DNA of 11,945 nt, taken from a virus. Both the position numbers and the translations under genes were made by a program. Location of the stretch: positions 1 through 11,945 of the IMG/VR virus record IMGVR_UViG_3300037154_000081; one strand, 5' to 3'. The notes beneath the pieces were generated by a model. It did no database searches. It was not told where the DNA came from and saw only the letters and a list, made by a program, of their open reading frames with translations. The first letter of the stretch is position 1; the number at the start of each line of letters is the position of its first letter. Positions 7,834-11,945 of the stretch are shown here, piece after piece.

Positions 7834-8721
7834 ATGGCAATAAATGTATCAGCCTTGACGGCTTATGTAGAGGAACAAAGACTTCCTCTTATCAGAAAAA
7901 CTGTATTTGCAGCACCTTCTACAAAGTATTTTAACCTTCAAACAGGTATCAAACATAGTGCTGCTTTGAATATTCTCAACACAGAGGTTGAGTTTGGTGA
8001 TGGTGCTACATGTGGATGGGATGAAGCAGGTAGTTCTGCATTTTCTCAAAGAACCCTTGAAGTAGGTAACTTCAAAGTAAACATGTCATTCTGTGACAAA
8101 GCGATGTTGAAGTACTGGATGGGTTATGATGTACGCGTTGCTGCTGGACAAAAATCACTTCCTTTTGAGGAAGATTTTGTAAACGGTATCATTGACGGTG
8201 TACGTGTTAAACTTGAAGATATGATTTGGAAAGGTGTTAAAGCAAATGACAAAATGGATGGCTTGCTAACTATCCTTAAAGCAGAGAGTGGTGTAATTAA
8301 ACCTACTATTGCTGCTGGTTCTAGCATCTATGAGAAAACCCTTGCTGCTTATAAAGCAATTCCTGCAAGCAAACTTGAAAGTGCTTCTATCTTCATGGGC
8401 ATTGACAATTTCCGTGACTTGGTTCTTGAGTTAACCGCAAAGAACTTGTATCACTATTCTCCTGAAGTTGATTCTGCACTTGAAATCGTACTTCCTGGAA
8501 CTAACACTAAAGTACGTGGTGTTGCAGGTTTGAACGGTGAGAAAGCAATTGTTGCAGCAGATGGTGAAAATATCTACTTCGGTGTTGATATGGAAGGTGA
8601 TGAGGAAAGATTCGACTTGTGGTATAGCAAGGATAATCAAGAGTTCAGACTCGCTATCAACTTCAATGCAGGTGTACAGGTAGCATTCCCTGATGAGGTA
8701 GTACTTGCTACTTGGGAGTAA
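7834..8721 (+). CDS. Major capsid protein, HK97 fold
   Basis: 295-aa ORF directly after the protease and scaffold. Several blocks line up by eye with the P-domain/A-domain regions of HK97 gp5-type capsid proteins: 'LPFEEDFVNGIIDGVRVKLEDMIWKGV...DGLLTIL', 'ASIFMGIDNFRDLVLEL' and the C-terminal 'RFDLWYSKDNQEFRLAINFNAGVQVAFPDEVV'. There is no delta domain, consistent with a separate scaffold. Codon usage is visibly less AT-skewed than in the tail genes and the gene is followed by a hairpin, consistent with high expression. Confidence 0.85.
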   Translation: MAINVSALTAYVEEQRLPLIRKTVFAAPSTKYFNLQTGIKHSAALNILNTEVEFGDGATCGWDEAGSSAFSQRTLEVGNFKVNMSFCDKAMLKYWMGYDVRVAAGQKSLPFEEDFVNGIIDGVRVKLEDMIWKGVKANDKMDGLLTILKAESGVIKPTIAAGSSIYEKTLAAYKAIPASKLESASIFMGIDNFRDLVLELTAKNLYHYSPEVDSALEIVLPGTNTKVRGVAGLNGEKAIVAADGENIYFGVDMEGDEERFDLWYSKDNQEFRLAINFNAGVQVAFPDEVVLATWE

Positions 8722-8747
8722 TTGAAACAACAGAAATAATAACAAAA

Positions 8748-8771
8748 GGGGGTAGCAATAGGGCTATCCCC
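8748..8771 (+). terminator. GC-clamped stem-loop downstream of the capsid gene (no U-tract; possible attenuator or RNA-stability/processing element)
   Basis: 9-bp stem, 8748-8756 (gggggtagc) pairing with 8763-8771 (gctatcccc), including one G.U pair; 6-nt loop 'aatagg'. It is followed by 'taact' and an A9 run (8777-8785) rather than a T-tract. It is preceded by 'aacaaaa', so the T-tract lies on the minus-strand side. Confidence 0.4.
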
Positions 8772-8797
8772 TAACTAAAAAAAAACATTTAAGAATT

Positions 8798-9328
8798 ATG
8801 GCATGTAATAGTTATACATTAGCAGGTTTAAACACTGCTTGTAAAGAACCATCTTTTGGTGGTATTAAAGAAGTATTGATTGCGCTGTATGATGATGTTG
8901 CCGCTGTTTCTGTTGATAGTCAAACTTCTTTACTTACACCTAGCATGGCAAGTGGTAAAAAGTTTAAACAATATAAGTTGTTAAAATCCACAGGCGGTTT
9001 AACAAGTACATTAAATACAAGTGAAACCACTTCTTCCTATTTTACCAATGAAGTTACACTTCAGTTTATGAAGATGGAGACTTCTAAGCGTATTGAAATT
9101 ATGGCACTTATGATGTCAGCATGTGCAGTTATTGTAAAGGATGCAAATGATAAGTATTGGTACTTAGGCAAAGATAATTATGTAGAATGTAGTGCAGGTT
9201 CTGCAACTACTGGAACTGCTGCTTCTGATGCAAACCATTACGAACTAACCCTTTCTGATACTTCTGCTGAACTTCCTTATGAAGTTGATAGTACGGTAAT
9301 CCCTACTATTGTTGATGAAGTTGCGTAA
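8798..9328 (+). CDS. Abundant virion protein; best guess major tail tube protein (alternative: head decoration protein)
   Basis: 176-aa ORF bracketed by the only two GC-rich hairpins in the window. 'FGGIKEVLIALYDD' near the N-terminus and 'ACAVIVKDANDKYWYLGKDNYVECSAGSATTGTAASDANHYELTLSDTSAELPYEV' resemble, from memory, the strand pattern of siphovirus tube proteins (lambda gpV N-domain, SPP1 gp17.1). No alignment or fold prediction was possible. Confidence 0.45.
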   Translation: MACNSYTLAGLNTACKEPSFGGIKEVLIALYDDVAAVSVDSQTSLLTPSMASGKKFKQYKLLKSTGGLTSTLNTSETTSSYFTNEVTLQFMKMETSKRIEIMALMMSACAVIVKDANDKYWYLGKDNYVECSAGSATTGTAASDANHYELTLSDTSAELPYEVDSTVIPTIVDEVA

Positions 9329-9345
9329 TGAATTAAACAAAATGT

Positions 9346-9384
9346 GGGGATGTAAGTAATTGTGCTTATGTCCCCTTTATTTTT
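9346..9384 (+). terminator. Rho-independent terminator
   Basis: 11-bp stem, 9346-9356 (ggggatgtaag) pairing with 9365-9375 (cttatgtcccc), including two adjacent G.U pairs; 8-nt loop 'taattgtg'. It is immediately followed by the T-tract 'tttattttt' (9376-9384). It begins 18 nt after the TAA of the 176-aa gene. Confidence 0.8.
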
Positions 9385-9405
9385 ATAAAACTAAATTAAC
9401 TAACT

Positions 9406-9744
9406 ATGGTATATATAAACGAAAATAGCGGTACAATTTCAATCCCTCGACATACATTTAATACAACTGGTTTGTATAGGCTAATAGTATCTTCTAATAT
9501 ATCCAATGAAGTTATTTTAGTTGAAGATGGGAATGATATTTCTACAAATACCCTTTATTATAAGTTTGCGTTAGGTAACTTGAACAAACTAAATGTAGGA
9601 GAATACACATACAATTTATACGTTATAAATAATGGTATCTCTAATAGCATTGTAGAAACAGGTTTGCTTACGTATGGCAATTTTAATAGGGTTGTAACAG
9701 TTAATAATACTTTTAACAATGAAAAAATACAATACAATGGATAA
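9406..9744 (+). CDS. Small (112 aa) beta-rich hypothetical protein, possibly an Ig-like virion accessory protein
   Basis: ORF starts 21 nt after the terminator T-tract and ends inside the start of the portal ORF. Its composition (N/T/I/V/Y-rich, alternating pattern, 'GEYTYNLYVINNG...ETGLLTYG') suggests an all-beta fold. No motif I can name. Coding status rests on ORF length, strand, frame-packing and coupling to the portal gene. Confidence 0.5.
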   Translation: MVYINENSGTISIPRHTFNTTGLYRLIVSSNISNEVILVEDGNDISTNTLYYKFALGNLNKLNVGEYTYNLYVINNGISNSIVETGLLTYGNFNRVVTVNNTFNNEKIQYNG

Positions 9745-10825
9745 TAAAACAGGTAATAAAGAAACCATAAAATTAAGTATTTTTGATTCGGCTGTTAAAG
9801 TAATTCCTACATTTGTTGAAAAAGAAAACTCAGGTAAAGCATATTTGAATTATGGTGTTGATAACCAATTTCCAAATTACCTGTGGGAACTATATCTACG
9901 TAGTGCAATTTTACAGTCAATCATAAATGGTACTGCTGATTATGCAGGCGGTAATAAAATAACATATGATGAAACTAACCCAGTAATTAAAAGGCTTGAA
10001 GATGAAGCCAATAAAGATGGTGAAACCCTTGATGATGTAATTAAAAAGATAATTGTTGATTATCTTATATTTGGCGGTTTTGCTTTACAGGTTATATATA
10101 ACAAATTAGGTGAAATCAGTGAAATTTATTGGTTAGACTTTAGAAATGTGCGTAGAAACAAAGAAGGGGATAAGATATATTATTCTGATGATTGGGTAAG
10201 ACATGCAAATGATTTTCTTACTTATGACATTTTCAACCCTGATAACAAGAAAGGAACAAGCGTATTCTACTTTAAAGGACATATTTCCAGAGGTATTTAT
10301 CCAGTACCGCGTTATAACGGTGCTTTAAGTGCAATTGAAACCAGTACAGAAATAAGTAAATTCCACTTGAATAGTATTCTTAATAACTTCAGTGGTAACT
10401 TTGTAATTAACTTCAATAATGGTATTCCTACTGAAGATGTGCAGAAAGAGATAGAGAAGAAAGTAAAAGACAAATTCAGTGGTGCAGATAACGCTGGTAA
10501 GTTTTTAGTTGCTTTCAATGATAGTAAGGAAAATGGTGTATCAGTAGAAAGAATACAAGATGATAACTTTGATAAGAAGTATGAGAGTTTAAGAACAGAT
10601 ACTTTTAAGGAAATCTTTGTTGCATTTAGGGCTATTCCTCAGTTGTTCGGATTTAGTTTGGAAGGAACAGGATTTAATAAGCAAGAATTTCAAGAAGCAT
10701 TCCAATTATATAATAAAACCACTGTAGAACCAATTCAAAAGGATATACAGCGTACATTTAATAAGATATTCGGTGTAGATAATAGTTTAGTTATTGAACC
10801 ATTTAAAATTGAGGAAGGAGAATAA
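9719..10825 (+). CDS. Portal protein (HK97/PBSX-type Phage_portal-like), small
   Basis: 368 codons from ATG 9719, or 362 from ATG 9737. ATG 9737 gives an ATGGATAA 8-nt overlap with the upstream stop. 'YGVDNQFPNYLWELYLRSAILQSIINGTADYAGG' and 'FRAIPQLFGFSLEG...EFQEAFQLYNKTTVEPIQKDIQRTFNKIF' match my memory of the N-terminal and wing/stem-helix conserved blocks of portal proteins. It is followed by an adaptor-like gene. Confidence 0.75.
   Translation: MKKYNTMDNKTGNKETIKLSIFDSAVKVIPTFVEKENSGKAYLNYGVDNQFPNYLWELYLRSAILQSIINGTADYAGGNKITYDETNPVIKRLEDEANKDGETLDDVIKKIIVDYLIFGGFALQVIYNKLGEISEIYWLDFRNVRRNKEGDKIYYSDDWVRHANDFLTYDIFNPDNKKGTSVFYFKGHISRGIYPVPRYNGALSAIETSTEISKFHLNSILNNFSGNFVINFNNGIPTEDVQKEIEKKVKDKFSGADNAGKFLVAFNDSKENGVSVERIQDDNFDKKYESLRTDTFKEIFVAFRAIPQLFGFSLEGTGFNKQEFQEAFQLYNKTTVEPIQKDIQRTFNKIFGVDNSLVIEPFKIEEGE
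10813..10820 (+). promoter_or_regulatory. Shine-Dalgarno site for the 10830 start
   Basis: 'ggaaggag' lies inside the 3' end of the portal gene, with AAGGAG ending 9 nt before ATG 10830. Confidence 0.6.
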
Positions 10826-10829
10826 AGAT

Positions 10830-11342
10830 ATGGCAAAAGTACTTTTAGTTTCAGAACAGACTTTAAAGAAGAACAGCGTTATAAATAACAATGTTGATGG
10901 TATGTATCTACTTCCTGCTATTGAATATGCGCAAGATGCAGGACTTCAACCTATAATTGGTACTAAACTATATAATAAGTTGATGGACTTAGTAGAAGAT
11001 GGTAGTATAACAGGTGCTACTGATTATAAACTACTCTTAGATGAATATGTAACACCTTACCTTATAAACAAAGTAACCGCTGATATTCAAATACCTTTAG
11101 TATATAAAGTAAGAAATCAAGGTGTGGTACAACAAACAGGAGAAAACACTTATGCACCTTCATTAAAGGATTTGCAGTATGTAATACAAAACTATGAAAA
11201 TAAGGCAAACTTCTATAGCAACAGATTAAGTGATTATCTGAAAGCAAACAGAAGTAAATACACAGAATATTGTAGTATTGATTCTTGTGCAGATATGCCT
11301 TCAAACAAAAATGCTTATAATACAGGAATATATCTAGGATAA
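10830..11342 (+). CDS. Head-tail adaptor / connector protein (gp6-like, Phage_connect_1-type)
   Basis: I use ATG 10830 (MAKVLLVSEQTLKK...), which sits 4 nt after the portal stop and has an SD, not the track's upstream ATG 10794. The N-terminal pattern 'VSEQTLKKNSVINNNVDGMYLLPAIEYAQDAGLQPIIGTKLY' resembles the conserved opening of HK97 gp6 / SPP1 gp15-type adaptors ('..l..lk..l.id...dd..l...i.aA...i....g..l'). It is immediately downstream of the portal. Confidence 0.5.
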   Translation: MAKVLLVSEQTLKKNSVINNNVDGMYLLPAIEYAQDAGLQPIIGTKLYNKLMDLVEDGSITGATDYKLLLDEYVTPYLINKVTADIQIPLVYKVRNQGVVQQTGENTYAPSLKDLQYVIQNYENKANFYSNRLSDYLKANRSKYTEYCSIDSCADMPSNKNAYNTGIYLG

Positions 11343-11348
11343 GGAGGG
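11341..11348 (+). promoter_or_regulatory. Strong Shine-Dalgarno site for the 11354 start
   Basis: 'aaggaggg' with GGAGG at 11343-11347, 6 nt before ATG 11354. It overlaps the TAA of the preceding gene (11340-11342). Confidence 0.7.
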
Positions 11349-11353
11349 TTATT

Positions 11354-11908
11354 ATGAATGTAAATGAAATTATATATAAAATATCTGAAGTAGCCCTTTC
11401 ACAAGAACCTGTTAAAAGTGTTTATAATGGTGATGTGTATGAAAATTGGAATAGTGCAGAAGTAAATTACGGTTCATTTAATATAGGGCTACAGAATGTA
11501 ACATATCAAGGTAATTTCTGCACATATACATTTGTCCTTTATTATGGAGATAGATTGGAACAGGATAAGAAAAATATTAATTCAATCTTTACAGATGGTG
11601 TAAATGCTATTCAATCTGTTATAAATATTCTGAATGAATTAAATGTGGATATAAGTGAACAGATAACATACACACCTTTTGAACAACAATTTATGGACTA
11701 TCTTGCAGGGGTATATGCAACTGTAGAAATTACCACAGAAAGCACATTAGGCTTATGTAGTATTGATAACTATGAATACACAGATGATAAGGATAAACTG
11801 ATTGAAAGACTTATTGAAGAAATAAACAAATATAAAGCAAAAGATGAAGAATTAGCATTATTGCTTCAAGAAATACTACATAAAGTAGGTGGTGAAGGTA
11901 TAAACTAA
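11354..11908 (+). CDS. Virion morphogenesis protein of unknown role (position suggests head-completion/neck or tail-terminator type)
   Basis: 184-aa ORF with a strong SD, following the adaptor-like gene. It has a mixed alpha/beta core ('NFCTYTFVLYYGDRLEQDKKNINSIFTDGVNAIQSVINILNEL') and a C-terminal ~35-aa charged helical tail ('DKDKLIERLIEEINKYKAKDEELALLLQEILHKV'). Function is inferred from position only. Confidence 0.35.
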   Translation: MNVNEIIYKISEVALSQEPVKSVYNGDVYENWNSAEVNYGSFNIGLQNVTYQGNFCTYTFVLYYGDRLEQDKKNINSIFTDGVNAIQSVINILNELNVDISEQITYTPFEQQFMDYLAGVYATVEITTESTLGLCSIDNYEYTDDKDKLIERLIEEINKYKAKDEELALLLQEILHKVGGEGIN

Positions 11909-11945
11909 TAAATATAACAAATATATAAAGGTAAATAAAAAAAAT

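Noticed and set aside
9360-9389. Sigma70-like promoter TTGTGC-N18-TATAAA overlapping the terminator, which could drive the 112-aa ORF and the portal
   Set aside because: The hexamers are poor matches in very AT-rich DNA, where TATAAA-like strings occur by chance. The -35 element lies inside the terminator loop/stem, and no Bacteroidota-type TAnnTTTG motif is present. It cannot be supported from sequence alone.
9406-10825. The 112-aa ORF and the portal as one gene split by a frameshift or joined by programmed slippage at the A6 run (9722-9727)
   Set aside because: The portal frame is +1 (not -1) relative to the 112-aa ORF. The portal ORF already begins with a plausible complete portal N-terminus, and no XXXYYYZ heptamer is in register. 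Overlapping stop/start coupling is the simpler explanation.
10794-10829. Upstream ATG 10794 (MNHLKLRKENKD...) as the start of the adaptor-like gene
   Set aside because: It would overlap the portal gene by 32 nt and has no RBS. ATG 10830 sits 4 nt after the portal stop with AAGGAG 9 nt upstream, so 10830 is the more likely start.
1135-11304. Remaining short minus-strand ORFs from the track (1135-1344, 7394-7633, 7849-8049, 8124-8327, 8431-8745, 10312-10518, 11062-11304)
   Set aside because: All are 66-104 codons, fully embedded antisense in strong + strand genes, with Cys/Phe/Leu/Ile-rich nonsense-like translations. This is consistent with chance ORFs in AT-rich DNA.
1-11945. Stop-codon reassignment, tRNA genes, CRISPR arrays, integrase/transposase genes, defence or anti-defence cassettes, DGR variable/template repeats
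   Set aside because: Standard-code ORFs tile ~97% of the window with no in-frame TAG/TGA interruptions to explain. The largest intergenic gaps (76-77 nt) are occupied by simple hairpins, not cloverleafs. No spaced direct-repeat array, long duplicated segment or recognisable recombinase/nuclease/RT motif was seen.

Overview
AT-rich window (about one-third G+C by eye). Eleven long ORFs, all on the + strand, cover about 97% of the sequence, with gaps of 1-77 nt and one overlap. I read it as the virion-morphogenesis block of a tailed dsDNA phage or prophage. In order: two tail-tip/baseplate-type structural proteins (395 and 1072 aa), a tape-measure-like protein (741 aa), an XkdF-like prohead protease, an acidic coiled-coil scaffold, an HK97-fold major capsid protein, an abundant 176-aa protein bracketed by GC-clamped hairpins (best guess tail tube), a small 112-aa beta-rich ORF, a portal protein, a gp6-like head-tail adaptor and a further neck-type protein. 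All functional calls rest on motif recognition from memory, composition and position; no searches were run. I see no tRNA, CRISPR array, integrase, transposase, lysis gene or recognisable defence/anti-defence cassette, and nothing that supports a new non-structural system. The points worth a second look are: the scrambled gene order relative to canonical siphovirus synteny; a tape measure with no upstream chaperone pair; a large orphan N/Y-rich tail protein; the hairpin-bracketed 176-aa gene; and the fact that only the last two genes have Shine-Dalgarno sites (the other starts have A-rich, SD-less leaders, as in Bacteroidota-type initiation).
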